A stretch of DNA of 63,996 nt, the filler included, from Rhabdomonas costata (lineage: Eukaryota): the NCBI GenBank assembly GCA_019059605.1. It is 41 parts of 41 records of this genome, joined end to end, with 100 filler letters (N's around TTAATTAATTAA, not from the genome) between each part and the next. Parts side by side here need not be neighbours in the genome. Positions count along the whole stretch, not along the records: positions 50,047 to 51,509 come from JAHMHO010015284.1; positions 51,610 to 53,072 come from JAHMHO010015285.1; positions 53,173 to 54,635 come from JAHMHO010015286.1; positions 54,736 to 56,198 come from JAHMHO010015287.1; positions 56,299 to 57,762 come from JAHMHO010015288.1; positions 57,863 to 59,325 come from JAHMHO010015289.1; positions 59,426 to 60,888 come from JAHMHO010015290.1; positions 60,989 to 62,451 come from JAHMHO010015291.1; 33 more parts are not named here. One strand, 5' to 3'. The notes beneath the pieces were generated by a model. The model was given only the letters and a program-made list of their open reading frames with translations. It had not been told where the DNA came from and ran no database searches. Of this stretch, positions 51,064-63,960 are shown one piece after another. A program made the translations under genes and the position numbers. Within the stretch, counting starts at the first letter, position 1, and each line of letters begins with the position of its first letter.

Positions 51064-52385
51064 CTGCGGAGGGAGCACAAGTGAGTCAAAACCGATAAGC
51101 AAAATCCAACAAGAAGATACATAAATCGTTGCTGGCACACCGGCGTGCAGGTGGGCGGACGGTGTGCCAGCCTACAGTTCTTTCTCTTATCAATATGTAG
51201 ACCTGCAACGGACCAAAAAGGGCCCAACAAGGGCGCAAAAACAACGCAAAAAATGGCCGTGATATGGCCTCTAGCGTGGCATTACGGCCCACTCCGGTGC
51301 CAGCAGGAAGTACTCATGGGCTCTACGCTTAGGTATGCTAAGCAGGCCCGGCCGAAAGCTTAGGCTCAGTATGCAGGCCTGCAAAGGACCAAAAAGTGCA
51401 CCCGGGGCCCTTGAAAATTTTCGAAGTCGAAAATGCCCCTAAAAGGTCCAAAATGGGGACTTGACGGGGTCAGAGAAGGACTCCGAGGCCGGGAAGCGGC
51501 CAACCAACANNNNNNNNNNNNNNNNNNNNNNNNNNNNNNNNNNNNNNNNNNNNTTAATTAATTAANNNNNNNNNNNNNNNNNNNNNNNNNNNNNNNNNNN
51601 NNNNNNNNNGGGGGGGGGGTTCTGAACGGATTTCTTACAAGTTTCGCAGGGATTGGGTGGCGATGCACGAGTCTTCTGGAGAGTTTTCCAGCATCCCTTT
51701 GTCTTGTCATTTGCTGGACGGGGTTAACTCCGGAGACAAATATGGCCGAATGCAGTGCCTGGATTCCAAAAGCGGTCTGCAGTTACGTCGACAGAAGCGG
51801 ACAAGTCGCTCTGAGACGAAAGATAGCGAAGCTGTCCGTTTCTTTGCGAAAAGTCGAGTGTGCTTTGCTGAAGACAGGAAGAACTATGGGCTAAAATCAA
51901 CCAAGCCGATAACTTCCTAAAGCGTGACGGAAACCATTTGAAAAGATCATGTTCCACATTCATCCCCTGTTTTTCAGCAGCATATGAAGAGCGATAGTTC
52001 ACAATCTGCACAGAAATGTAGGCTCTTTGATCGCGATGGCACACACGTCACAGCAATGACAGGCACATTCTGTACAGCAAGGGCCGTCGAAAGAAGCATG
52101 CCGTCTGCCGAAGGCCAAGTGCATCAGTGTGGGTGTGATTTACATCACCCCACATCCCACGCGTCACTAAAACTACACCCAAAAGGTGTACAACAACACT
52201 CATACACAGAGGAGGAGCACGGAGCACGTCACCTGCGTTGAGAAAAACAAATAGGCAAAGGCAAAAAAATGAAGAGCACCGAATACACCCGCCATCCTTC
52301 TCGGCCTCAAGGCTGACCTGAATATGAGCACAAGTGCGTGTATATGAAGGTAACGGTAGTTGGGGAGTATCCAGTCCCTCGGCAT

Positions 52386-52974
52386 TCAGGACGCAGAGGC
52401 CGCCTTTGCGGTGGGAAGGAAGGTCAGAAGCTGCGTGGCCACGGCATCCCCGTGGGCCAGGACTTGCGCAGTGCGCTCGAGCAGCGCCAGCTGAGCCGTA
52501 ATTAAGGCCTCCAGGTCGCCCGGGTGGGTGATGGCCTGGACATCCGCTGGTTGCGGGGGAGAACGCAGGAGAGGATGCAAATGAAGGCAGCGTCTCATTC
52601 CCAACTCACCAGAGAGGGCAATATAACTCTGGAATGGAACGACGCATGGGATCCCTTCCTCCGAAACTATGCTCAAAATTACCAAAAACGAAAACAGGAA
52701 CCAGTGCTGGCATACAAGAGGCAATCTCTGGGATGCTCATGCCATCACTGCCATCATTCGTCGTTCCCTCCTTGTCTGCATTCTTAGCTAGGAAAAGAAT
52801 TATTCAGCCCCCCCCCCCATGCGGACCCATGATGGCTTTGGTGGCGTTGTTAGGCACTGCTGCGCCGTCGCAGATCTCCTTCTCCATCACGCTGAGCTGG
52901 CGCTGCATTGCGCTCCACGACAGCCGAGGAGGGTTGTCCGTGCCCTTCCCGCAGCTCCGCAGCAGGTGCTTGGC
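52386..52974 (-). CDS. Last two exons of a hypothetical protein
   Basis: Exons 52974-52827 and 52546-52386 join in phase 1 and end in TGA. GC3-rich. Confidence 0.65.
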
Positions 52975-53172
52975 CTGAGCCCCAAGTCCCAAAACCGAAA
53001 ACCTAGAGGAGACAACAGCAAGTGCATCGGCGGCACTGTGTGTTCAAAGGCTCCATGCTGTGACACCCAACCNNNNNNNNNNNNNNNNNNNNNNNNNNNN
53101 NNNNNNNNNNNNNNNNTTAATTAATTAANNNNNNNNNNNNNNNNNNNNNNNNNNNNNNNNNNNNNNNNNNNN

Positions 53173-53474
53173 GGAAAGATATATGGTCAAACCAAAGTCA
53201 CACGGTGACGCACAGGGGACAAAAGCCCCATGCACACAGACAAAGAGACGCGAAGCACCCCCCTCCCCAAACGCCGTTCGCGTACACGTACACGTACACG
53301 TACACGCATACACGCAGACTCCCCAAAACCCCACTCATACAAACACACCCCACACCCGGCCCTCATGTTCTGAGAACACAGACACACACACAGACACACA
53401 CACACTCACTCACTCACTCGTTGGGGAAAGATATATGGTCAAACCAAAGTCACACGGTGACGCACAGGGGACAA
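53173..53474 (+). repeat. 50-bp perfect direct repeat, two copies
   Basis: 53173-53222 is identical to 53425-53474. CA-rich microsatellites lie between the copies. Confidence 0.9.
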
Positions 53475-53638
53475 GGGCACGAGGCAGATGGCAGATGGCA
53501 GACGAGAAGAGGGGCAGAGAGCATGGAAAGAGGCGAAGGGAGGGGCAGCGGAAAGAACGCCACTGGCCTTCGCCCCTTCGATGTGGTGCATCTCTCTCAC
53601 CAATGGACGCGCAGGCGCCCTCTGGTTTCCTTTCTCGT

Positions 53639-54174
53639 TCAAGAGCTTTCACAGATCTTGGCGTAGCGGCAGGCGGCCTGCTTGGCAAGCCCTTCGACCC
53701 AGAGCTCCAGGTTGCGCAGCGCCACCCCCATCGTGGGGTCCTCGAAGGGCACGTCGTGCTTCTGGCACAGCGCGCGCAGGCGCTCCTGTACCTTGGAGAG
53801 GTTGTGCCTGGGAAAAAAAGCAGTGGCAGCCTGCGGTGTCGCAGAGAGGTACCCGTGCGTGGGGAGTGCCTTTCCGAGGCATCGCGGCAATCAGTAGTCT
53901 CGTAAGGATTCTCTTAACACGTTCAGAGTTGAATGTCTGCAAACCATTTCCTTTCCACACCTCATTGACGAAAATACGGGCTAAAGGGGTCGGGGAAAGT
54001 GATCACGGACCCCGCATGCTCTTTGTTTCGCCTCGCCTGCGCGCTTGAGTGAGAAAGAGCAGCCACCACAAAATTTTCAAAAAGGTGGTGTCGCACTGTA
54101 CCGCGGCAGGCAGGGGAAGCAGTGGTGCTCGATCTGGTAGTTCAGGCCCCCGAAGAACCAGTCCGTGAGTACCC
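53639..54174 (-). CDS. Last two exons of a front-end (cytochrome b5-fusion type) fatty-acid or sphingolipid desaturase
   Basis: Exons 54174-54102 and 53807-53639 splice in phase 2: [44 protein letters not shown], including the third His box QIEHH. Confidence 0.93.
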
Positions 54175-55331
54175 CTGAGGTGGATGTGGTGCCGCAGGAC
54201 ACAGAAGTAAGTGATTGTCAGCGACACCCTTTCAGTCACAAAGGAGCTCACGAACGTGCGCGTCTAAATAGGACCACTCATTTAGACCTTTGGACTTCTT
54301 GCTTCATCCTGACAGTGACCTGGCCATGCTCTTTGCACCGAAGCGTGGTTCCCCAAAACTCTTGGGTGGCTTATTTCCCTTCCCACGTACTCATTTGCTC
54401 GCTCACTTTGGGGGTTGTCTTGCTCGCTCACTTTGGGGATTGTCATGTGCCTTCTTCTCTTCAAGTTGCCTCGACCGCTCATTCCTGTTCTGCATCTTCA
54501 CCTGTTATGGGAGCCTTTTAAAAGAAACCCTATTCGCTTCTTTTGGAGCTTTCGATTCTTATCTCACAACACCCAAGCGTTTTGATATTTCGGTAGAAAA
54601 ACTAAACCCTGCAAAGTACCCAAAATGAAAGCCATNNNNNNNNNNNNNNNNNNNNNNNNNNNNNNNNNNNNNNNNNNNNTTAATTAATTAANNNNNNNNN
54701 NNNNNNNNNNNNNNNNNNNNNNNNNNNNNNNNNNNAGTTGGGTGGACAGGAGATTGATGGAGCTCGATACAGTACGAGGGAGTCAGAGTTACATCAGCAT
54801 TTATCGGAGTCAGGCAGGATGGGATGGGGCCACTTGGATTTTGACACCCAAGTGGTTACCTGGCGCATCTGACGCCGCCCATTTTGACTTGCCAGCGTCT
54901 TTCTCAGGGGATTGCGGATGTTGGACAGTTACATTTTCACGGCGTTAACGATTTTGACCTTTGCGGATCCATTGAGACACCGCGGTGGCGGCTGGAGCGT
55001 TCCCGTTCTTTGTCGTTCACGATTCACTTTCTCATGATGTATATAAGTATAGGTATGCGCGCTCCTGTAGGTATGCTCATGATGTTTTTGGATGGATTCT
55101 TTCGCCATAGCAGCGAGAACGAGGTCCTTGTGGTATGGTCAACTGACCCCTTTGACATATGCCGACTTGTTTCGCATTGGTAGCATTGCGATAAGGGACC
55201 GTTAAACAGTTGTTGGGTTTGCGAATCGATTGAGATCCGGCTGGATCCCGCCCTCCATCGCGTTCACTTTCTGATAATGGATTCATTGCCATGCATGCTC
55301 AAGATGTGTTTTGATGGTTTGGGTCCGCCAG

Positions 55332-55568
55332 GGCAGCGAGAACGAGGTTATTGTGGTGTCCATGGTGCGCTCAAACCTGAGCGGGAGCCTGGGCTTTGTG
55401 GCGGACTGGCGGCGGCTGAACGTCGCGCTGACCCGGGCCCGACGGCTGTGCGTGGTGGTGGGTAACCTGCCCACCCTGACGTCGCACCAGCTGTGGCGGG
55501 AGTGGTTGGGGTTCCATGCCTCCCTGCCCCCGAATAGCACGACGGGACACGGGGCTCTGATGCCGTAG
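55332..55568 (+). CDS. Terminal exon of an Upf1/IGHMBP2/Sen1-like SF1 helicase (AAA_12)
   Basis: (Q)GSENEVIVVSMVRSN...LGFVADWRRLNVALTRARRLCVVVGN contains SF1 motifs V and VI. Confidence 0.93.
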   Translation, partial: GSENEVIVVSMVRSNLSGSLGFVADWRRLNVALTRARRLCVVVGNLPTLTSHQLWREWLGFHASLPPNSTTGHGALMP

Positions 55569-57873
55569 CCTCGGGGGGTGGTGGGCTGTAAGTTGAGGGC
55601 TGGTTGGTATATACCCAGCTGAAGAGGGCGGTAGCAGGTTTTCGTTGGGATAGATGTTTAGTTTAGGGTTACGACGAGGAATTTCTTCAATGTGCCAAAC
55701 AAACAAAAGCTGTCGTCAAGGAAGAAAAAACTGACACCAAACCAAACTGTAAGGGCAGACAGATATAAGTCGTTTGGTTTTCTGGCTTTTGTCGACATCC
55801 AGAGCACTAGCAAACCCCAACAGCAGCAGCCTTCCGGTTACCGAGGTAGGGCTTTGCGACGGGTAGAATTAGGATTTGTTTCTGTGCTACTGGCAGAGTT
55901 GAGTGCAGAATGGGCTCTAGGTTGATCTCTGGGGGATTGTGCAGGGTCTTGTGGCAAGGTTTGGATCGAGTGGACGCAGTTTTGTTTAGGCTTCCGGTCG
56001 GATGTGGTGTTGGGGACAGGAGTAGGCGTTGGTTTGCACTGCATGAACAGAGGCTGTTCGGAGTGGATACCAAAGGTGGACTCTGGCTGTGGCTACATTT
56101 GGTATAGACCTAGGAGCTGGAGTTGGTGCATGTCTGCGGTCAACAGATTTGTCTGCTACGTTTTTGGTACACTTGGGTTTTCGTTTGGACCAAAACCCNN
56201 NNNNNNNNNNNNNNNNNNNNNNNNNNNNNNNNNNNNNNNNNNTTAATTAATTAANNNNNNNNNNNNNNNNNNNNNNNNNNNNNNNNNNNNNNNNNNNNTG
56301 TTGGTGGGAAGTTTCACATATGAACGGTACCCGACGTTTATCAGACACTTTGCCCTTAACGAGAGGAGAGAGGATGTCCATTCCACAGAAGCCATTGAGT
56401 TGAGAAGACTTGCTGAGAAAGTACCTAACATATTTTGGACCCCACCTTGTTGAGGTTCTAGAGAGTTGCACATAGCCGGAAAGTTTCAGAGATGGAAGAT
56501 CCATTCCACAGATGATGTTGATCATAGCTCAGGTTTTGTGACTGATTCCAGAGATGTGCTATGTGGATTGTGATTCCAGATGTGTGTGCGGTTGCGTGGT
56601 GTTTCCGGAATGTATATGGAGTTTTTTCAGAACGTGTTGCTTGATGTGGTGTATTTCCAGAGAGTGTGTTGTCTGCGTGTTGTAAGTGAGTGGAAGGAGA
56701 TCTGGTGCAGAGATGTTCCAGAGGACGAGTTTACAGAGGTGATTTTCCACAGTTTTCCAGAGCTGGAACTTCATGTGTGATTGGCCGTCGCCCGTCTGTT
56801 GGGACGTTCTCCGTCCTATCAGAGGAGCGTGTTACGGTCCAGGTCACAAAGTTGTTTTTCATTCCAGAGGAAGACAGCCAGGACATCAAGGTGTTCCCGG
56901 AAACTAGTTTTCGGAGTTTTCATAGAAATTCCATACAGAATATAAGGTGAGCGGAGACTGATATTAGCCTCTCGTGGGCCAGCCCAGACCAAACGCTCGG
57001 TCAGGCTACCTATCCACAGCTGGGCGAGAAAGGAGAGAAGATCGGGGCCAGGTGAGAGACGGATGGTTTATAGAGTGAGAGTGGTGGAAGACACCTGGTG
57101 ATACAGAGAGCCAGGCCACTGGGGGGCGGCCGCATGGAAGGGAATGCGTGCACACGACCCGACTGCAGCGATTCATGTGGTACGTTTTCGGAGTTCTTCA
57201 GAGGAATAAGGATGCATCCACAGCGTTTTCAAGAGTTTTCACATGTAAAAGAGACGAGGAGGCCGAGATTTCAGAAAATTTTCACAGACCAAGGCATCAG
57301 GGGATGCATGCGGAGAAGACGTACAGTGTGGTGTGTTACACAGCGGAAGTTTGAAAGATTATGGTCCTTCCTTTTGTCTAGGATTTCGAAATTTACGTTA
57401 GGTGTTGAGTAAATCCAAAACGTTGTCAGGTTGTTTGTTTTACAGAGTGTTTTCCTCGTTATTTTTGCCTTTTGTTGTCACAGAGGTGCCCCAAAAAAAC
57501 CACATCAGAGCCGCAGGCCAGAGCCGAGCGGAGATCACGATGGCCATGCAGAGGTACAGAGGTTGTGGGTTTGCAGAGCGTGATGGGTGGGAACGCTGTA
57601 GAGTTACACAGGACATGGTGTGTGCAGTCGTGTGCCATTTCCACATCCTTTGATTTGGTTGGGAGATCTGGGAAAGGCATAAGCGGCGAGACCCGCCCAG
57701 CGGAACCCCTCCACATCACAGAAGGTGTGAGACCTAAGGCCCGACAATTCGACCCCACCACCNNNNNNNNNNNNNNNNNNNNNNNNNNNNNNNNNNNNNN
57801 NNNNNNTTAATTAATTAANNNNNNNNNNNNNNNNNNNNNNNNNNNNNNNNNNNNNNNNNNNNGGGTGAGATAC

Positions 57874-58734
57874 AGGAGATTGTCTTCTCCTTGTCCAGCC
57901 GGTCCAATGCTCCGCTGAGCATGAGAAGCTGCACGGCACTCAGGGTGTACAGCAGGTGCGAGTCATGTCCAACGAAACCCCCGAATCCTCCTGAAGGCGC
58001 GAAGCGACGCGCACAAGCAACTGTGAAAGCCACTCCTCTCTCGATGGCCTGGGCGGCATTTCCTCTTGTCGTAGCCTTCCAAGCAACAGCGGCAAATTCC
58101 GGCTCTAGGGTGGGAAAAAGGTATAAAAAAATCAAAAGCGCTGTTCACATCAATAAAGAACTTGCTAGAGGGCAAAGCCGAAGCAAGGCCCGGGGTCTTT
58201 ATGTGCAGTGGGCCTCCCGAAACGCTGTATGGCCGTGGCGGGTCCTGGCAAACTCAAGCCGGTATCAACCCGTGCCCGTTGGCGGCACTTTTGTGCAGCT
58301 TCCCCAGTACAGCGGAGGGATTTATCGAAAGCGCTGTTCTGGACCATCTGTCGGGGCTTTGCTGCCACTTTTGTGCTCGTAAAAGCGTGAACACCGCCTT
58401 GAAGAAACAGTGGGTGGCAATTTATCCGCATTTTGTATTGGGTGGGTTGGCACAGCGTCGGAGCAAGTGGTTGACGCTTCGAATTTCGAAAGGACGATGG
58501 AGGGGACTGACTTCACATCCTGGTGACCCGTGAATTGGAAACAAAACGGCAAAAGGAAACGATGCGGAAAACAGGTTTGAGAAAACGTAAGTCGAGTCGA
58601 TCTCTGCCAACGCAAACGGAAGGCTTGCACACCGTCCTGGTTTTGACACTTTAGAACGAGTTCAGCAACTGCCTCCAGGTCCATTTGACTCTGGGTCTTG
58701 AGCAACCAGAGTGAGCCAAGTCCCCAGTACATGC
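57874..58734 (-). CDS. RABGGTB: Two exons of Rab geranylgeranyltransferase type II beta subunit
   Basis: Exons 58734-58633 and 57990-57874 join in phase 1: GMYWGLGSLWLL...VLKCQNQDGGFGGFVGHDSHLLYTLSAVQLL, matching the BET2/RABGGTB signatures G.YWGL and GHD.HLLYTLSAVQIL. Confidence 0.92.
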
Positions 58735-59425
58735 CTGCGATGAAATTTTGTAACAAAAGGAATGAATATAAATAGAGCGAAATTAACCTATTCACGAAAG
58801 CATTTCCTGACCATGAATTATTTGAAGGCGGAGTCACCTGGCCTGTTCGGTGTGGTGGCAAATACGCCGTGGGTGTTGGGACCTGTTGTAACCTGACCTG
58901 TTGTAACCCTTCCCATAGACCCACCAACAGGCACCAAAACCTTAGTTAGTTCTCTTTGAATTCCTTTTGGAGCAGTGTGTTCCATGCAAAGTGTTCCCGC
59001 TTTTGTTTGTTTTTCGCACTCCCAGTCCTCAAACGGGTCATCGAAGAAAACAACCGAACAGACGCGACTAATGCCCAGCAGCACAGACTGCCTCGTATCC
59101 AAGAGAATGCGTAGGGCGAGTGTGTACGCCCACTATTTATACATTGCATGAGTCACGCTGAATCACGCTAAATCAGTTACCCGACCTTGCAAACGCCATC
59201 AAGACCATGCCGCGACACACCGTCCAGGAACCCAAGCCCCCAAGCTTTTCAAAAAGGGGTCACACCTTGCGGAAAGGTTACCACCATCAAGACAACCCCT
59301 AGCATAGAAATTCAAAAACAACCCCNNNNNNNNNNNNNNNNNNNNNNNNNNNNNNNNNNNNNNNNNNNNTTAATTAATTAANNNNNNNNNNNNNNNNNNN
59401 NNNNNNNNNNNNNNNNNNNNNNNNN

Positions 59426-59984
59426 GTGGTGTGGGTTTCTGGTAGCTGGCGCGGGGTAGGCAGCGGGTGAGGAAGCATCGGTGGTGGAGAGGCCATCATG
59501 AGGCTGTTCGTCTAAAGTGAGGAGAATGCAAAGAAGTGCTGCTGAGGGATGCAAAACATAAATGTGAATCGTTGTTCCACGGCGAGAACCCTAGGAAAAC
59601 CGGTTCGGTTGTTAGAGAGTGCTACCTTTCCGTTTCACTAGGTGAGCGTTGTTCCGCTACTGAACAAAGAGACGGGATTGATGGCGGGGCAGCAAAGTGT
59701 GAAATCCACCTGTGAGTGACACCAAACCGTTGCAAACACAACAACGACGTGGTGTGTGCTAAGGAGGGGAGGAGACCCACCCTGGCAGGATACTCACCTG
59801 GCTGGGGTTGAGGCGGGATAGCCCTGGAAAGCCATGCCTCGGAATTGGGGTCCGCGTCCTCCTCCTGCACCTCACGGCGCTCTGCAAGCCGACGAGCCCC
59901 TGCCGCAGCCAAAGGGTGCAGCAGCAGAAGCACAACCATCGCCAGGGCCCAGCCCCCAGGGGAAGGGCTCCAACCCGATGCCAT
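59426..59984 (-). CDS. First two exons of a secreted protein with a signal peptide; 3'-partial
   Basis: Exon 59984-59798 (MASGWSPSPGGWALAMVVLLLLHPLAAAGARR..., GTGAGT donor) joins in phase 1 to an exon starting at 59511. Confidence 0.65.
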
Positions 59985-61008
59985 TTTTGGGAAAGTTTTG
60001 AGGCGTGCGTGAGGATTTGAACAATAAAAGGAACAAAGCCAAAGCCGCCAAATGAGTGAAATCTGAGGGATAGTAGAGAGCAAAAAAGACTGCAAACGGG
60101 AACACGAACTGGGCCGCCATGGTATGTTTTTGAACCACCAAAGGCGGACGCTCCTCCTCCTCAGAACCGGCCGGTCCCAACTCACACAAGCTATAGCCCA
60201 ACAAACAAAAAAACCCGAGAAAACACCACTGAACCAAGGGCAGAGGATGGCAAAAAGAGAGGTCAGGAGTGCCCTACATCGGACACAAACCCACTGGTGT
60301 CAAAAATATCACCGAAATAAAGCAGCAAGAGTTTTTACAGCGAAAGGAATTGCAGCCAACGGCTCCCATTTCAGCGCTAGCACGAGCACACGCACAGACA
60401 TACCTTGATAGGCAGGGGGAAAAGTTCAGGGACCAGCCTTGTGGGGCAAATCGCTATCGGAATTTGAGGGAACATCTGGCCACGAGACACCCGCTTTGAC
60501 CTAACCGCCACCAACACCAATTTCCACCAGTAAACGGCTCATGCAACGATGCGCACATAGGCTACCAAACCTTTCTGTCAAAGTGCGCAAAAGCCTTTTG
60601 CAACGAAAAAGAGTCCACTGCCCTGCAAGGAGCCATGCCAGTGCACCGCGTCAAGCAGTACGGAAACAACTCCATAAGCTTGACACTTAACCACGATTAG
60701 CAACATGGAAGAATGAAAACGAGGAGCAGCGTTCATGGATGCTGCGACCTCCAAAAACCGGGCCGATCCAAACAGGACACATTACAACCGCAGTACCAGC
60801 TCAACCACACCGAGAAATGAGGCAAGTATCCGAAACTCAAACGAAAACAGCACACCCCGTACGATGCAGGGGAATAAGCAAAACCACCNNNNNNNNNNNN
60901 NNNNNNNNNNNNNNNNNNNNNNNNNNNNNNNNTTAATTAATTAANNNNNNNNNNNNNNNNNNNNNNNNNNNNNNNNNNNNNNNNNNNNGGGGGTGTGGGG
61001 GAGGCCAC

Positions 61009-62284
61009 CCTCAGCTTCTTTTCCTGCTGCAGGTCGTGCAGCAGGTCATACTGAAAAAGAGAGGTGCGGTAGTCGTGCTGGACGATTTTCCTTCCTTTTG
61101 GTTTCTAATCAGTTTTGTGGTCTCTAGTTCTTCCTTTCTTTGGCCCAATTGCAGCACAGCCGACGTTCGGAAAAAATAAGGCGCGGGTGGCACCCCCCCC
61201 TCCCAACCTTCTGCAAACGAGGACTTGCGAAAGAGGGGCAAGCTCCTCTACATAACGCGGTGCCTACTAAGTGCTCCTGGACTGGATCAACACCGGCCAT
61301 GTCTATCTCCCTCCGGAGGTCGTCGTGTATGCATCCGAAAAAAAAAGCATATGGCGACAACACAACTCGCCTGACGACATTACTACAGAACCCTTCATGA
61401 GAGCGCACGAAGGCTGCGCCCGTCTTGGTTTGAGTTAATTCACAAACTACGATTCTCACCCTTCGTCAAGCACATTTGACTTACCGGCATTCTCTGTGTT
61501 ATTCGAACGAAACCAGAACTACTCACTATACCACATAGCTAAGTAAAAAGAACAACCACATAATGTATACATACATACACGACAAGCGCATACCAGGCGG
61601 ACAGCCACCTCGGCGCATTGCACGCACACTTGAGGCTGGTGCTCGGCGCACTGCAAACGAATCCTGCGCAGTGAGGAAGTTCGCACACCTCTCACGCTTC
61701 CTTTTGATCCGTTCTACTGGGGGGTTAGGGTAACGCTAAGCCTGTTCTTGTTGGGATTCTGATCAACGGAAAACTGCGAACGATAACTTCCGGTGAGATG
61801 GGGTGGGAAAAATAAGCAGCGCTTGCGAGGGGCCAACGATACAGCGAAAATTTCCAGAAGTCAAAGCAGCACTGCTTTCTCGAAGGGAACAAGTTTTTGA
61901 TGGTTTCTCTTAATTTATATTTCGATGCACAGCTCGATCGGGGCTCGTCTGACACTCCGGGCCGTTAAGTTTCACGAGTTTCGGCAGTTTTCTTCCTGTT
62001 TTTAATCAAAGGAGTTTTTTTCATGTGTGTCTGTGTGTCTTGAGCACATGACGCGCTGCCTGTTGCCCGACAGACTATGGGTGTTGGCTATCAAAAAATG
62101 TGTGTGTGTGTGAATGCAGTGGGAGGGGAGGGTGCGGCGCACTTGGTGCAGTAGTCCGTCAGGCCATCCCCGAGGTCCGTGGTGAGGATGGTGCAGAACT
62201 GGAGGTATGGCAGCAGGCGGTCATGCTGACCCACCGTGTTGTACAGCGTGCCTCGGTGGTTGTCTAGGGCCCGGATCAGCGCCG
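61009..62284 (-). CDS. Four internal exons of a hypothetical protein
   Basis: Exons 62284-62143, 61663-61630, 61324-61268 and 61050-61009 give a continuous frame. One acceptor (61325) lacks AG. Confidence 0.6.
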
Positions 62285-63499
62285 CTGAAAGCCCCCCCCC
62301 CTCGCGAGTGCCGTCAAAACTCACGAACGTCATGGAACGTGAGAGCATTTCTTTGTGACATTGCGTTGGTGCAGATCACGGGCACAAAACCACACATCTC
62401 AGATGCGGAAAAATCTGAACGACAGCCCAACCACCCACCACACCCAACACANNNNNNNNNNNNNNNNNNNNNNNNNNNNNNNNNNNNNNNNNNNNTTAAT
62501 TAATTAANNNNNNNNNNNNNNNNNNNNNNNNNNNNNNNNNNNNNNNNNNNNGGGTTTTTGTTCTTTAGCATCTTTTAATGCACTAACTCCAGCCTTTTCC
62601 AGGGGCTTCAAGGTTCATGGATTTTATTGATTCTTATTTCTGCTGATCTGTGTGATGAACACATTCAGCGAGGGTTGTGGGTGCCGCTTTGCATTCTTTT
62701 TTTTACCGGATTGCTGTACTGCTTTTTGAAAGATCGACGTTTGCAACCACCTTGCAAATGATCACCTTTCCTCCGCCGTGCTTACTCTCATGCCCCTCTC
62801 GGAAACTTCCCCAAAACCAGGTGTCTTTCGCCTTTCCTGCGGAGGAATTGATGTGTACGCTTGCCGCCTTTGAGAAGAAGAATATATGAATCTAGGCTCC
62901 CTGGAAGTCCGGCTGCCTCGGTTTTCCAGAAGTGGAGGGGAAGTGACAACCTTCCCGCGCTTCTTTCAGAGCTGGAGGCGGCGGTGCATTCGCAGGAAGG
63001 TGCATCGTCGTTTACCACGGATCAGCGGATGGAATGGAACGGGAGTGGGTTTCTTGTCCGCTGCATCCGCCGCGGGCACTGAATCTTTCCCATGCGTTGC
63101 GGGAGGTCGGGAAGGTTGACTTTGCACAATTCCAGCAATTGGTTTGAGCTTTGGCGGGCATCGACAGCTCGGCTTGCATGTGTTGCAGGGATGGGACGAC
63201 GGTGACGTGCTTGGGGGGGACATCCTAGAGATGTCAGCTATTTATAGGTGGTTTTTTTTGATAAAGTTGGGGGTGCTGTTATGAACAAGGGGATTCCGAT
63301 TTTGTGGGTCCCTCAACTGTTCAAGTTTGTCATAGGGTGCCTCTGTGGTTTGAAACAGTTGCAATTTTATTCATTGTGTTGGCAGACTTGGGGTTCAACA
63401 GGCTTCCTTGAACCACGGGCTCTAAACCTGAGTACATCCACATATGGTGGTTGGGGTGCAATCTGTCCCCCAAAACCTTTTCTTAATATATGCTTGGGT

Positions 63500-63960
63500 T
63501 TGTGTGAATTCGTGGGAACGTACCCTTTGGTTTGATTACATTCTAATAACAATCAGAATCGCTCTCATGAAGAAGCCTTGACGATTTTGGGCTGTTATTT
63601 ACGCAAGAGGCGAAAAAAAAGTTGTCAATCCGTCGTCGCACCCCCTGGAGGCCGCCAAACCATTGTTGCAGGTCTGATTATCCGAAATGCGGCCATGAGT
63701 GGCCACCATAGTGAACTGTGGTATTTGTGCCATCTTTAGGCGGACGACTGAAATACCAGGTCTCACTTAACTCTGGGTGGAATTATACAAGAAAAAATCA
63801 TGGCTGTATTATCTTATGGGTTTGCAGTAGATGTTGTGTCTAGCATCCTCTTATACCGGGTGCCGGTCACAGTTAAGGTCTTCCCCCAGGACTGAAAAAC
63901 CTATCGGTGGATTATGGCGCGTGTAGTCCACACCATACTATGACATACGGTGACGGTTGG
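63500..63960 (-). mobile_element. Possible degenerate non-LTR retrotransposon APE endonuclease remnant
   Basis: Broken frames carry VLGEDLNC (compare GGDFNC) and RRIDNFF (compare SRIDYIF) in the expected order, with many stops. Confidence 0.35.

Noticed and set aside
1466..62551. Regularly spaced TTAATTAATTAA as a CRISPR-like or chromosome-breakage repeat
   Set aside because: It is always embedded in N44 padding and is an assembly linker with stop codons in all six frames.
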